Shown: in pieces, positions 33,168 to 43,427 of the stretch
How positions within the stretch are numbered: position 1 is the first letter of the stretch
How the letters are laid out: each line of letters opens with the position of its first letter
NCBI GenBank assembly: GCA_032161105.1
Contig: JAVHTD010000002.1
Length of the DNA: 64,000 nucleotides
Direction: 5' to 3' (one strand)
Source of the DNA: Candidatus Thermosaccharophagus tengchongensis
GTDB taxonomy: Bacteria; Armatimonadota; Fervidibacteria; Fervidibacterales; Thermosaccharophagaceae
Position numbers and translations under genes: made by a program
The notes under the pieces: generated by a model
What the model was told of the DNA's origin: nothing
What the model saw: the letters and a program-made list of their open reading frames with translations, nothing else
Databases searched by the model: none

Positions 33168-33383
33168 ATGCCAAGAGAAAAGTTGGAAGTTGAGGGAGTT
33201 GTTAAAGAATGTCTGCCAAATGCGGTGTTTCGTGTAGAGATTGAGGGTGGACATGAAATTTTGGCGCACATTTCCGGGAAGATCAGGGTTCATTTCATTC
33301 GGATAGTTCCGGGGGACAGGGTGAAGGTAGAAATCTCGCCATATGACCCCAAAAGAGGCAGAATAATATACCGACTGAAGTGA
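33168..33383 (+). CDS. infA: Translation initiation factor IF-1
   Basis: LPNA.F.V, AHISGK, GDRVKVE.SPYD...GRI.YR. Confidence 0.97.
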   Translation: MPREKLEVEGVVKECLPNAVFRVEIEGGHEILAHISGKIRVHFIRIVPGDRVKVEISPYDPKRGRIIYRLK

Positions 33384-33402
33384 GCGGTTTGAGGTGAGTT
33401 GT

Positions 33403-33519
33403 ATGAAAGTTAGACCATCAATAAAGCGGATATGCGACAAGTGCAAAATAGTTCGTAGGAAAGGGAAGTATTATGTAATTTGCGAAAATCCGAAGCATAA
33501 GCAAAGGCAGGGCAAGTAG
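33403..33519 (+). CDS. rpmJ: 50S ribosomal protein L36 (absent from the ORF track; read directly)
   Basis: [38 protein letters not shown], Zn-ribbon form; GAGGTG SD upstream. Confidence 0.96.
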   Translation: MKVRPSIKRICDKCKIVRRKGKYYVICENPKHKQRQGK

Positions 33520-33532
33520 GGGGTGATAGCAG

Positions 33533-33910
33533 ATGGCTCGTGTAGCTGGTGTTGAGATACCCGATAATAAGCGCGTGGAAATTGCGTTAACATACATATA
33601 CGGAATCGGGAGGTCAACAAGCCAAAAGATATTGACAGAAACCGGTATTTCATGGGATAAACGCGTCAAAGACCTCACAGACGAGGAACTCGCTCGAATA
33701 AGGGATTACATTGACCGAAACTTGATAGTTGAGGGAGATCTCAGAAGGAAGGTTGCAGAAGATATAAAACGGCTAATAGACATACGATGCTATCGTGGGT
33801 TAAGGCATCTTAGAGGTTTGCCCGTTAGGGGGCAAAGGACTCGCACAAATGCTCGCACTCGTAAAGGTCCGCGCAAGACAGTTGGTGCTAAGAAAGGCAG
33901 GAGGAAGTAA
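33533..33910 (+). CDS. rpsM: 30S ribosomal protein S13
   Basis: [33 protein letters not shown]. Confidence 0.98.
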   Translation: MARVAGVEIPDNKRVEIALTYIYGIGRSTSQKILTETGISWDKRVKDLTDEELARIRDYIDRNLIVEGDLRRKVAEDIKRLIDIRCYRGLRHLRGLPVRGQRTRTNARTRKGPRKTVGAKKGRRK

Positions 33911-33933
33911 CAAAATATCGGGAGGTATGCCAA

Positions 33934-34320
33934 ATGGCTCGTAAAGGTGGACGCTCAAGACCAAAGCGCAGAGGAGTTACCAATGCAATTGCGCATATCC
34001 AATCAACTTTCAATAACACGATTATCACGATAACTGATTTAGAGGGCAATACATTGTGTTGGGCAAGTAGTGGCACTGTCGGATTTAAGGGAACGAAGAA
34101 AGGGACACCATTTGCGGCCCAAATGGCTGCACAGGCTGCCGGCAGGCGAGCATTAGATATGGGGGTTAAAAACCTGCAAGTTTATGTGAAGGGTCCCGGT
34201 GCTGGGCGAGAGACGGCAGTTAGAGCCCTTGAATCTCTCGGTTTTAGGATTGAATTCGTCAAGGATATAACGCCGGTTCCTCACGATGGGTGTCGTCCTG
34301 CAGGGAGACGAAGGGTATAA
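33934..34320 (+). CDS. rpsK: 30S ribosomal protein S11
   Basis: STFNNTI, TPFAAQ, GPGAGRE, PH.GCRP. Confidence 0.98.
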   Translation: MARKGGRSRPKRRGVTNAIAHIQSTFNNTIITITDLEGNTLCWASSGTVGFKGTKKGTPFAAQMAAQAAGRRALDMGVKNLQVYVKGPGAGRETAVRALESLGFRIEFVKDITPVPHDGCRPAGRRRV

Positions 34321-34343
34321 TCCTCCGAATGTGGTGATGAGTA

Positions 34344-34985
34344 ATGGGCAGATACATTGGACCTGTATGTAGGCTTTGTCGCCGTGAGGGAATAAAACTG
34401 TTCTTGAAGGGGAACAAATGTTTGACGAAGTGCACCCTTGAAAAGCGCCCGTATCCCCCCGGAATTAACCCAGAATTGAGGAGGGTCAAAAAACCGACGG
34501 ATTACGGGCTTAGATTGAGAGAGAAGCAAAAGGCCAAGCGCATTTATGGAATGACAGAAGTCCAGTTTAAGCGGTTCTATGAAATGGCAGAGAAATTGGC
34601 AAAAAAGACGAGGGGGCTTGTAGGGGAGTGTTTGCTTCAATTCCTTGAAAGGCGTTTGGATAATGTCGTATATCGTCTGGGTTTTGCCCTTTCAAGAAGG
34701 CATGCGAGGCAGCTTGTAAGGCACAGACATGTCCTTGTCAATGATAAAGTTGTTGACATTCCCTCATACATCGTTGATGTCGGGGATGTCATAAAAATAA
34801 GGGATAAAAGCAGGGATATCCCGGAAATTCAGGAGGCAATAGAGATGACCGGCAGTTGGTCAATTCCGGCATGGCTGTCAAGAGATGTAAGCACCTATGA
34901 AGGGCGTGTTTTGGCGCTTCCGACGAGGGATCAAATAGATGTCCCAGTCAACGAGCAGCTTATTGTTGAGTTTTATTCCCGTTAG
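34344..34985 (+). CDS. rpsD: 30S ribosomal protein S4 (Zn-binding type)
   Basis: [34 protein letters not shown]. Confidence 0.98.
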   Translation: MGRYIGPVCRLCRREGIKLFLKGNKCLTKCTLEKRPYPPGINPELRRVKKPTDYGLRLREKQKAKRIYGMTEVQFKRFYEMAEKLAKKTRGLVGECLLQFLERRLDNVVYRLGFALSRRHARQLVRHRHVLVNDKVVDIPSYIVDVGDVIKIRDKSRDIPEIQEAIEMTGSWSIPAWLSRDVSTYEGRVLALPTRDQIDVPVNEQLIVEFYSR

Positions 34986-35002
34986 TTTAAACCAATTGGT
35001 GC

Positions 35003-36004
35003 ATGAAGCAAGGAGGAGATGTTGCTGTGATAAGCCAACAAACTGAGAGAATGCCCAAAATACGGAAACTAACCGGGGACGAAAAATACGCCCGTTACGA
35101 GATAACACCGCTTGATCCTGGCATGGGCACGACAGTAGGCAGTGCGCTAAGGCGCGTGCTGCTGAATGAAATTCTTGGTGCCGCAGTCACCTTTATCAAA
35201 ATTGATGGAGTTTTGCACGAGTATACCACCATACCAGGCGTGAAGGAAGATGTGATTGAAATGATCCTCAATATCAAGGATTTAGCCATAAAAGTGACCG
35301 ATGCAGCTGATACTTCAAGACCACAAAAGGCTTCATTATCGGTTCGCGGGAGGGGCGAAGTGACGGGAGCCGATATTGAAATGCCCATAGGATATGAAGT
35401 TGTAAACCCAGAACTTCATATTGCTGAGTTAACGGATGAAAGAGCAAAATTATCAATTGAGCTGACAATTGAGGTTGGCAAGGGGTATGCACCTGCCGAT
35501 AGAGTTGACAGAAGTAAATTGGAAATTGGTCTCATCCCAATTGATGCCATATTTTCTCCAATAAAGAGGGTGAATTTTATAGTTGAGCCGACAAGGGTTG
35601 GGACTGTAAGTAACTATGAGCGTTTGATACTTGAAGTTTGGTCAAATGGAGCTGTTAATATTGATCAAGCAGTTGTTGAAGGAGCGTGTTTGTTAATTGA
35701 GCACTTTAGGCTATTCCTTGGGCTTGGGTTACCTCGCACATTTGTGCCGCTTCCAAGTATGGGTGAAAGTATAGGTGAGGTAACGCCAACCGAAGCATTG
35801 CTTGACCGTTCAATTGAAACAATTGGATTGGATAGGAAAGTTGTAAATATTCTTGTTAAAAATGGCATATATACGCTTAGAGATTTGGTGAATAAAACGG
35901 AGAGTGACCTCCTAAATATCCGAGGATTTGGAAGGCAAGCGTTAGTGGAGGTTATGAGGATTTTGGACGGGTTAAAGCTCAAGCTGAAAGAGGACAAAAA
36001 ATAA
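35003..36004 (+). CDS. rpoA: RNA polymerase alpha subunit
   Basis: GSALRRVLL, GVLHEY..IPGVKEDV, IDAIFSP; start uncertain. Confidence 0.96.
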   Translation: MKQGGDVAVISQQTERMPKIRKLTGDEKYARYEITPLDPGMGTTVGSALRRVLLNEILGAAVTFIKIDGVLHEYTTIPGVKEDVIEMILNIKDLAIKVTDAADTSRPQKASLSVRGRGEVTGADIEMPIGYEVVNPELHIAELTDERAKLSIELTIEVGKGYAPADRVDRSKLEIGLIPIDAIFSPIKRVNFIVEPTRVGTVSNYERLILEVWSNGAVNIDQAVVEGACLLIEHFRLFLGLGLPRTFVPLPSMGESIGEVTPTEALLDRSIETIGLDRKVVNILVKNGIYTLRDLVNKTESDLLNIRGFGRQALVEVMRILDGLKLKLKEDKK

Positions 36005-36024
36005 CGAAGGGATGGGGAAAGGTT

Positions 36025-36387
36025 ATGCGGCATCGCAAGGAGCACAAGGGCTTAGGACGCCCATCAGATCAACGAATGGCATTGTTAAAAAATCTCACTG
36101 CGTCGCTTTTCATACATGAACGCATAGAGACAACCCTGCAAAAAGCGAAAGAAGTCCGCCGAATAGCTGAGAAGCTGATCACGATTGCGAAAGAGGACAC
36201 AGTTCATTCACGCCGTCTTGTCCGCAGGATGATACCAAACCCACTGCAGCGAAAAGTCGTCAACAAGATATTCAGTGAAATTGCCCCAAGATATCGCGAC
36301 AGAAATGGGGGATATACGAGGATTATAAAGACCGGGATAAGAAGGGGCGACGGTTCCCAAATGGCAGTTATAATGCTCGTTGAATGA
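36025..36387 (+). CDS. rplQ: 50S ribosomal protein L17
   Basis: MRHR, IETT..KAKE, RNGGYTRI, RRGD. Confidence 0.98.
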   Translation: MRHRKEHKGLGRPSDQRMALLKNLTASLFIHERIETTLQKAKEVRRIAEKLITIAKEDTVHSRRLVRRMIPNPLQRKVVNKIFSEIAPRYRDRNGGYTRIIKTGIRRGDGSQMAVIMLVE

Positions 36388-37229
36388 CACAAAATTTTGG
36401 AAAACTGAGCCCAAAATTGGCACTCAAGATGGGGAGAGCCAAAAAGCAAGACCAAGAGAGGCATATTATGCTGGTAGTTGAATACGATGGGACGAATTTC
36501 AGCGGTTTTCAGAGACAACTCAACGCGCGCAGCGTCCAAGAGGTTTTGGAGAGGGCAATTGAAAATGTCGTGAAACATCCAATAAAACTTCAATTTGCTG
36601 GAAGAACTGATGCTGGAGTTCATGCGACATACCAGGTTGTGAAATTTGTCACAAATAGCAAGATGCCAATTAGCGCATTTATTCCGGCAATTAATGGCAA
36701 TTTGCCCGATGATGTTGTGGTCAAATCTGCCAAGGAAGTTGACCCAAATTTTCATCCGCGCTATAGCGCAAGAAGCAGGGTTTATCGTTATTTGATTGAT
36801 AATGGAAAATGCCCATTTGTTTTAACGAGAAGATATGCATGGCACATACCAAAGCGCCTGAATGTTGAGGCTATGCAAGAAGCGGCAAATTATCTAATCG
36901 GGATGCATGATTTTAAATCATTTCACGCCAGTGGCAGCGATCTTGGCAGCACAGTCAGAAGAATATACGGCATAAAATGCGCAAAGAAAGGCAGATTTAT
37001 CTCCATAACAATTGAAGCCAATGCTTTCCTTTACCATATGGCAAGAATAATTGTTGGGACACTTGTGGAGGTTGGACTTGGAAAAATAAAGCCAATAGAT
37101 GTCAAACACATACTTGAGGTGAGGGACAGAAAAGCAGCAGGTCCAACTGCTCCTGCAAAGGGGCTTTGCCTTACAAAAATCAAATACGATGGTCAAATTT
37201 CGGCAAACCGAAAGCAAGAGCAAAATTAG
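36384..37229 (+). CDS. truA: tRNA pseudouridine(38-40) synthase
   Basis: EYDGTNFSGFQ.Q, AGRTDAGVHA, FLYHM.R.IVG, TAPAKGL; real start may be downstream. Confidence 0.96.
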   Translation: MTQNFGKLSPKLALKMGRAKKQDQERHIMLVVEYDGTNFSGFQRQLNARSVQEVLERAIENVVKHPIKLQFAGRTDAGVHATYQVVKFVTNSKMPISAFIPAINGNLPDDVVVKSAKEVDPNFHPRYSARSRVYRYLIDNGKCPFVLTRRYAWHIPKRLNVEAMQEAANYLIGMHDFKSFHASGSDLGSTVRRIYGIKCAKKGRFISITIEANAFLYHMARIIVGTLVEVGLGKIKPIDVKHILEVRDRKAAGPTAPAKGLCLTKIKYDGQISANRKQEQN

Positions 37230-37297
37230 CCGTGAATTCAGAAAGCGGTGGCTATAACCGCAAATACAGCAGTTGTTATGCTAAAGGGGGTAAGGAC

Positions 37298-37783
37298 ATG
37301 AGAAATTGCACAACATATATCAAACCGGAGCAAGTTAAAAAGAATTGGTATATTGTTGACGCCGCTGGTGTGAGGCTTGGGAGACTCGCAAGTGCAGTGG
37401 CATACCTTTTGATTGGGAAGCACAAGCCACAATGGCAGCCAAATGTGGATGTGGGTGACCATGTCATCGTGATTAACGCGGAAAAGGTGGCTCTTACTGG
37501 GAAAAAGCTTGATCAAAAATTTCACTACCGCCATTCCGGCTATCCGGGTAATTTGCGGGCATACAGCTATAAGTGGATGCTTCAAAATCGCCCAGAACAG
37601 GTCATAATGCTCGCAGTTGAGCGGATGCTGCCAAAAAACAGGCTTGGCAGGAAAATGATCAAGAAATTGCGTGTTTATCGTGGTTCGGAGCATCCACATC
37701 AAGCGCAACAACCAATCCCAATTGATATTCGTAAGCTCGAAAAGACGATGCGAATTTCGGACGCAATAGGGGGCGATAGGTAA
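37298..37783 (+). CDS. rplM: 50S ribosomal protein L13
   Basis: [32 protein letters not shown]. Confidence 0.97.
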   Translation: MRNCTTYIKPEQVKKNWYIVDAAGVRLGRLASAVAYLLIGKHKPQWQPNVDVGDHVIVINAEKVALTGKKLDQKFHYRHSGYPGNLRAYSYKWMLQNRPEQVIMLAVERMLPKNRLGRKMIKKLRVYRGSEHPHQAQQPIPIDIRKLEKTMRISDAIGGDR

Positions 37784-38373
37784 TGATGGGAGAAAACCAC
37801 GAAGAAGTCAAAAATTTGCCCGAAGAGGCATTGGGGGGAATCGCTTCAACTGATGAGGAACACAGCGTAGAGCTACAGCAAGCGGGACTCCCGAGTGAAG
37901 AGGACACAATGCCATCTGTGGAGAAACCGGAAGAGATTGCCCAAGAAATTGGCATTTCTTTGGAGGGAAGAGCGTCTACCTTAGCCCAGCGCTTCTATGC
38001 TACTGGGAGGCGGAAGGAAGCGATCGCAAGAGTGTGGCTAATACCGGGTGGTAAAGGCAACATTATAGTCAACGACACGCCGATTTCGGAATACCTTTGC
38101 AGGTATTCGCTTGTCCGCCATGCTATTGAGCCATTCATAGTCACGCAAACTTTTGGGCTATTTGATGTAAAAGCGACGGCAAAAGGTGGCGGTCTAACTG
38201 GGCAAGCTGGAGCGCTTCGCCACGGCATAGCCAGGGCGCTTGTGGCATACGATCCCTCTCTCCGTCCCATATTGCGGAAGGCTGGACTTTTGACCCGTGA
38301 CCCGAGGGTTAAAGAGCGGAAGAAATATGGGAGGAAGAGGGCAAGAAGGGGCTTCCAGTTCCGCAAGCGCTAA
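37783..38373 (+). CDS. rpsI: 30S ribosomal protein S9 with long acidic N-terminal extension
   Basis: [32 protein letters not shown]. Confidence 0.97.
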   Translation: MMGENHEEVKNLPEEALGGIASTDEEHSVELQQAGLPSEEDTMPSVEKPEEIAQEIGISLEGRASTLAQRFYATGRRKEAIARVWLIPGGKGNIIVNDTPISEYLCRYSLVRHAIEPFIVTQTFGLFDVKATAKGGGLTGQAGALRHGIARALVAYDPSLRPILRKAGLLTRDPRVKERKKYGRKRARRGFQFRKR

Positions 38374-38452
38374 TTTTGCATGTGTTGTCACATTGAAGTT
38401 GCGGTAGAATCGTTATCCACCCCTGCAGGATGCTGTTGGCTATGCGAGTAAG

Positions 38453-39781
38453 GTGAAATTTGCAAGGGGTGGCATGGAGATGGCAAGTTTAGGTAAGAGC
38501 ATTGGCAGGTGGTTTTACAAAATTGAGCCGTCAATTTTTTTCGTTTTGATGGCATATTTGGCGGGTATTATTGGGGCGAATGGCGATGTAGTATACAAGC
38601 TGCATGCCGTTCAAAGGGGTGAAACGCTTAAGTCGGTCGCATCACGCTATGGAATTACAGTTGAACAACTTCGTCACGCCAATAGCAGCCTTAATTTTCC
38701 CGATAATGAGCCTTTACCTGAGGGAAAAATCCTCGTTGTGCCGCTGCAAAGCACCGGGGTAATTAAGGGCGATACGGAGGAAAGGAGTGCTATTTCGGAG
38801 CCTTCAGCTAAAACGAAGGCGAATGCTTTTTGGGTTTATGAAGCCAAAGATGGAGAGACATTGGAGTCAATCGCAAAAAACTTCAAAATTTCGGAGAAAA
38901 TTCTGCACGAGTCAAACAGGCACATCAAAATTGGTGAAACATTGCGAGCCGGTGTGACGGTGTTGATTCCGATTTTGATTGATTACCCTAATAATGACCA
39001 AAAAGTTCGGGAAAATTCAACCTCAGGACAAGAGCGCATCAGCAGAGCAAACAACAATCTTAATAATCTCAGTGCATCAAAGGTCAATAATGTTGACAGA
39101 GCTGTAAGTGTTAATTTTCCTCAATACAATCGCGAGTTTCCTCGGAATGAAGGCTTGCAGGCGCTTAATCAAAATTTTGCAGTCATTGGTATAGTCAAAG
39201 CTAAAAGCGCAATTTACTCACTTCCGGGGAAAAATTCGGCTCGCTATTACATATGCCAACCGGGCAAAAAACTCGTGATAGTTGGGAGAAAAAATGGGTG
39301 GCTTGGTGTGCTAATGGTCAATGGCGCAATAGGGTGGATACAAGAAAATTCGGTCACTTTAACCGATAAAACTTTGACGCTCCCAATGGCGAATATGGCG
39401 CACTTTGTTAGCTATAACTCGCTTAAATATTCCATCGTCAAAGAAGCAATGCGCTATTTGGGTGTGCCATACAGGTATGGTGGCAACTCAACGGATGGCA
39501 TTGACTGCTCGGCGTTCGTTCAAAGGGTGTATGCAGCATTTGGGATTAAGCTCCCAAGGACAGCGACTGAGCAATTGAAGTATGGGGTGGCGGTTGATTT
39601 AGGCCAAATTCAGCCCGGAGATAGGGTTTATTTTTCAAACGATGGTGTGAGGGCAAATCATTGCGGCATTTACATCGGCGACGGGAAGTTTATTCACGCC
39701 TCCGGAAGACATGGAAGGGTTACGATAAGTTCCCTTTACGAACCGCGGTATTTTAACACCCTTTTCCGCGTGCTCAGGTAG
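38453..39781 (+). CDS. LysM (x2)-SH3-NlpC/P60 peptidoglycan endopeptidase
   Basis: HAVQRGETL..VA.RYG LysM; YLGVPYRYGG..GIDCSAFV, LPRTA, HCGIYIG..FIHAS catalytic motifs. Confidence 0.92.
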   Translation: MKFARGGMEMASLGKSIGRWFYKIEPSIFFVLMAYLAGIIGANGDVVYKLHAVQRGETLKSVASRYGITVEQLRHANSSLNFPDNEPLPEGKILVVPLQSTGVIKGDTEERSAISEPSAKTKANAFWVYEAKDGETLESIAKNFKISEKILHESNRHIKIGETLRAGVTVLIPILIDYPNNDQKVRENSTSGQERISRANNNLNNLSASKVNNVDRAVSVNFPQYNREFPRNEGLQALNQNFAVIGIVKAKSAIYSLPGKNSARYYICQPGKKLVIVGRKNGWLGVLMVNGAIGWIQENSVTLTDKTLTLPMANMAHFVSYNSLKYSIVKEAMRYLGVPYRYGGNSTDGIDCSAFVQRVYAAFGIKLPRTATEQLKYGVAVDLGQIQPGDRVYFSNDGVRANHCGIYIGDGKFIHASGRHGRVTISSLYEPRYFNTLFRVLR

Positions 39782-39910
39782 GGGCATAGCCAACCCTGAT
39801 GGGAGTTACGCAATTAAGCTCAAAACCGGCTGCCAAGTTGCCCATAATTGCGCGACCTCGGTTCCTGAGCTTGATAAAGCTTCTTCATTTTACACATGGG
39901 AGGGAAAAGG

Positions 39911-40960
39911 ATGCCGATCAAAGTTGGCATAGTGGGCGCCACTGGATACACTGGCGGCGAGTTGGTGCGCTTCCTTTTGCATCATCCTGAAGTTGAAATT
40001 GTCCACTTGATGAGGCTGACTTCTGAGGAGGAATTGCCCCTTGAGCAAGTTCATCCACATTTGCGCCAATTATCCGGGCTAAAATGCGTTCCAATGGACG
40101 AGGCAAAACTGGCAAGTGATGTTCAGGTTGTTTTCCTCGCAGTCCCACATGGGGTTGCCATGACCATAGCCCCGAAATTGCTTGATATGGGCTTGCGTGT
40201 GATTGACTTGAGCGCCGATTTCAGGTTAAAAGACGCCAGCGCATTTGAGTTATGGTATCGTGTGGGGCATAAAGCGCCGCATTTGCTTCAAGAAGCAGTT
40301 TATGGCTTGCCTGAGATTTATCGTGACCAGATACGCAACGCACGACTGGTTGCCAATCCGGGGTGCTACCCAATTTCAGCCATACTTGCCCTCATGCCGC
40401 TGTTCAAATTCGGCATGGCGAATTCAAATCACATCGTGATTGACAGCAAATCTGGCGTATCTGGCGCTGGCAGGTCAAAGACGACAATTGACTACCATTA
40501 CCCAGAGGTGTTTGGTGACTTCAAACCATATGGAATTGCCACACATAGGCACACACCTGAGATTGAACAGGAACTTTCCTTTATCGCCCAAAGGAACATA
40601 AGTGTCACCTTTACACCGCATCTTTTACCAGTCAGCCGTGGCATATTGACTACGGCATATGTGCTGCTTAATGAGGGCGTAACTATCTCGCAGTTGCGTG
40701 AGGCTTATATTCTGGCGTATGAAGATGAGCCATTTGTGCGCTTGCTGCCGGAAGGCGTCGCACCGAGGCTTAAGGGTGTTATTGGTTCAAACTTTTGCGA
40801 TGTGAACATATTCCTTGACGAACGCTCAATGTGTGCCATTGCCATTTCGGCTATTGACAATCTGGCAAAGGGTGCTGCAAGCAATGCCATACAAAACATG
40901 AACCTGATGTTTGGGCTTGATGAGCGATGTGGGTTAATGCTCCCTGCACTGTCACCCTGA
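39911..40960 (+). CDS. argC: N-acetyl-gamma-glutamyl-phosphate reductase
   Basis: GATGYTG, DLSADFR, NPGCY, SGVSGAG, HRHTPEI, DNL.KGAA. Confidence 0.96.
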   Translation: MPIKVGIVGATGYTGGELVRFLLHHPEVEIVHLMRLTSEEELPLEQVHPHLRQLSGLKCVPMDEAKLASDVQVVFLAVPHGVAMTIAPKLLDMGLRVIDLSADFRLKDASAFELWYRVGHKAPHLLQEAVYGLPEIYRDQIRNARLVANPGCYPISAILALMPLFKFGMANSNHIVIDSKSGVSGAGRSKTTIDYHYPEVFGDFKPYGIATHRHTPEIEQELSFIAQRNISVTFTPHLLPVSRGILTTAYVLLNEGVTISQLREAYILAYEDEPFVRLLPEGVAPRLKGVIGSNFCDVNIFLDERSMCAIAISAIDNLAKGAASNAIQNMNLMFGLDERCGLMLPALSP

Positions 40961-41093
40961 AGTGAGCGGAGATGGGAAAGATTTGCCCGAAAATGCGTGA
41001 GTTGTCATCTGCACCCATGGTCATACTTCGGTTCACCTTCGTGAGTGAATGCAATGTGAAAGCCAAACATTGTTGATGAGGAGGCGATGGGTT

Positions 41094-42323
41094 GTGGGTG
41101 ATGGGATAACTTTTTTGAGCGATGGCTCCGTGACTACGCCAATTGGATTTGTCGCAGCTGGAGTTCACTGTGGCATCAAGAAGGACGGAAAGAAGGACTT
41201 GGCTTTGATTTATAGCGAGCATCCATGCATTGCCGCCGGGACATTCACAACCAATAAGATGAAGGCGGCGCCAGTTATCGTTACTCAGGAAAATTTGCGC
41301 CCAGCGCGTGCAACTATAAAAGCCATAGTGGCATGCAGCGGCATTGCAAACAGTTGCACGGGTAAAGCCGGCATACTGGATGCGAGACAAATGTGCGACT
41401 TAGTTGCCAAGGCTCTTCAGATACTCCCAGAGCAAGTTGTGGTAGCATCCACTGGCAAGATTGGGTTGCGTCTTCCAATGGATCGTGTTGCAAAGGGCAT
41501 AGAGGAAGCCGCAAGGAAGCTTTCGCATGATGGCGGCATTGATGCGGCTCATGGAATTATGACAACCGACACTGTCCCAAAGTATGGTGCTGTCAAGTTC
41601 AAAATCAACCAAACTGAAGTTCACATTGGCGGCATAGCGAAAGGCGCTGGCATGATTGCACCAAAGATGGCGACCATGCTTTGCTTCGTGACAACCGATG
41701 CCAATATAACCAAGAATTGCCTGAAGAAGGCACTATCAAAGGCTGTTGAGTTGACTTTCAACTCAATCACAGTTGACGGTGACACGAGCACGAACGATAT
41801 GGTAATTGCACTGGCAAACGGTGCTGCAGGCAATGGGCGAATAAACAGCGTCTCAAGCGACGCATACCACATCTTTGAGGAGGCGCTCATTGTGCTTCTC
41901 AGGCACCTTGCTCATGCCATTGTCCGTGATGGTGAGGGCTCGACGAAGTTTGTTGAGATAAAAGTGGAAGGCGCCGTAACGGAGCAGGAGGCAAAGGCTG
42001 TCGGGTTCGCCGTTGCAAATTCAAATCTTGTAAAGTGCGCGCTGTTTGGTGGTGACCCCAATGTTGGAAGAATTGCAGCTGCCGTCGGGAGGGCGCCGGC
42101 GAGGATAAATCCGGAAAAGCTGTGCGTGTGGATTAATGACACATGTGTGATGCGTGATGGAACGGTGATTGAGTTTGATAGGGACAGCCTCCGCACAAGC
42201 CTTTCAAAAGGCTCGGATGTGTTCATACGAATAGAATTGGGTATAGGCAATGCGAGTTGGACCTTATGGACATGTGACTTGACCTACGAGTATGTTCGGA
42301 TCAATGCTGAATACGAAGTGTGA
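41094..42323 (+). CDS. argJ: Ornithine acetyltransferase / N-acetylglutamate synthase
   Basis: IMTTDT, KGAGMIAPKMATML autocleavage site, DGDTSTND, DGEG, CDLTYEYV.IN. Confidence 0.96.
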   Translation: MGDGITFLSDGSVTTPIGFVAAGVHCGIKKDGKKDLALIYSEHPCIAAGTFTTNKMKAAPVIVTQENLRPARATIKAIVACSGIANSCTGKAGILDARQMCDLVAKALQILPEQVVVASTGKIGLRLPMDRVAKGIEEAARKLSHDGGIDAAHGIMTTDTVPKYGAVKFKINQTEVHIGGIAKGAGMIAPKMATMLCFVTTDANITKNCLKKALSKAVELTFNSITVDGDTSTNDMVIALANGAAGNGRINSVSSDAYHIFEEALIVLLRHLAHAIVRDGEGSTKFVEIKVEGAVTEQEAKAVGFAVANSNLVKCALFGGDPNVGRIAAAVGRAPARINPEKLCVWINDTCVMRDGTVIEFDRDSLRTSLSKGSDVFIRIELGIGNASWTLWTCDLTYEYVRINAEYEV

Positions 42324-42472
42324 ACGCTCAATCACACACCGATGCCATTGGCAACTTGAGTTAGTTCATGAAGGCACAAAGGTTAGTCACATCGTAGCTT
42401 CTTCCAATATTAGCCCTTATGCCCTCAATGGCGCATCAAAAGGGTCATCGTTTCTTTAACTCACCTGTTGGC

Positions 42473-43213
42473 TCATCTCAACCCGTTGCCATCCCAGCCA
42501 GAGCCAGTTCGCCACTTGCCATTCACCCAGTTGTCTATAACCGCTTCTGCTGAATACCATTTCACATGCCCATCTAAGAAGAGCACATTTGAACCACCCA
42601 TATGGCGAGCATTTTCAGGCTTCTGCCTATCAGGGTTGCACTTAGCAGCGCAAGTATTCGCATAAGCGACACGCCATGGGCTATTTAGCAGACCAGAGCA
42701 GTCAGCAAATATTGGTGTAACTGAATGTTGGGTCCATACAACCAATCGCTCCTGGTCGCTGGTGCCATTTATGATGCTCTCCATATACCCATATGACATC
42801 ACGAAATCGCTTGGAAGCACACCAGCGTTTATCAAATCATTCACTCCATGGTGCGGTATACTCCCATTTGCACACCCGAATGGAGCTGCACTTGGACAAG
42901 CCCATATCTGCCAGCTCTTGATGTATGGGAAGAGTGACACCTGCGGTTGAATGTTTGTTTTCGGATCCTTTCGCCAACACCATGTATTAGCTCTTGGCAA
43001 CCTTTCATCGTAGTCCTGAGCATACTGCAGCACTGCTAAGCCTATTTGCTTCAAGTTGCTTTGGCATACTGCAGTCCTCGCCTTCTCCCTTGCCCTCGCA
43101 AACACTGGAAACAGAATCGCTGCCAAGATGGCGATTATCGCTATCACCACCAGCAGCTCTATCAGCGTGAAGCCTCTCCAACTCAACTTAAGCATTCTAC
43201 CTGCTCGCTTCAT
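42473..43213 (-). CDS. DUF1559 family prepilin-type N-terminal cleavage/methylation protein with H-X9-DG motif
   Basis: [34 protein letters not shown]...C.SNLKQ; C-terminal [16 protein letters not shown]. Confidence 0.92.
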   Translation of the reverse strand: MKRAGRMLKLSWRGFTLIELLVVIAIIAILAAILFPVFARAREKARTAVCQSNLKQIGLAVLQYAQDYDERLPRANTWCWRKDPKTNIQPQVSLFPYIKSWQIWACPSAAPFGCANGSIPHHGVNDLINAGVLPSDFVMSYGYMESIINGTSDQERLVVWTQHSVTPIFADCSGLLNSPWRVAYANTCAAKCNPDRQKPENARHMGGSNVLFLDGHVKWYSAEAVIDNWVNGKWRTGSGWDGNGLR

Positions 43214-43427
43214 TTCACATCCCTCCCTTGAGTTTATTTTGAGCACGCCACATTCAAAGCCTCACAACGCCATCATAACCATCATGTGGCAGCTTAAAGC
43301 TGCCACTAATGCGAACTCTAACTGCATCACCCTCCTTTGGTATGGGATTGACTTCACTCCCACAACCCGGCTTTAGCACAGCACAATTTGTTTGTAAAGC
43401 CTCACATCGCAATCTCGTCAAATGCCT

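Noticed and set aside
26586..34985. Zn-ribbon forms of L24, S14, L36, S4 and Adk as a novelty
   Set aside because: Cys-containing forms are common, especially in thermophiles and Terrabacteria
37166..37297. Apparent N-terminal extension of L13 overlapping truA
   Set aside because: An SD-preceded ATG at 37298 gives a normal-length L13; the extension is an ORF-calling artefact
39911..42323. argC-argJ without argB/argD
   Set aside because: Split arg operons are common
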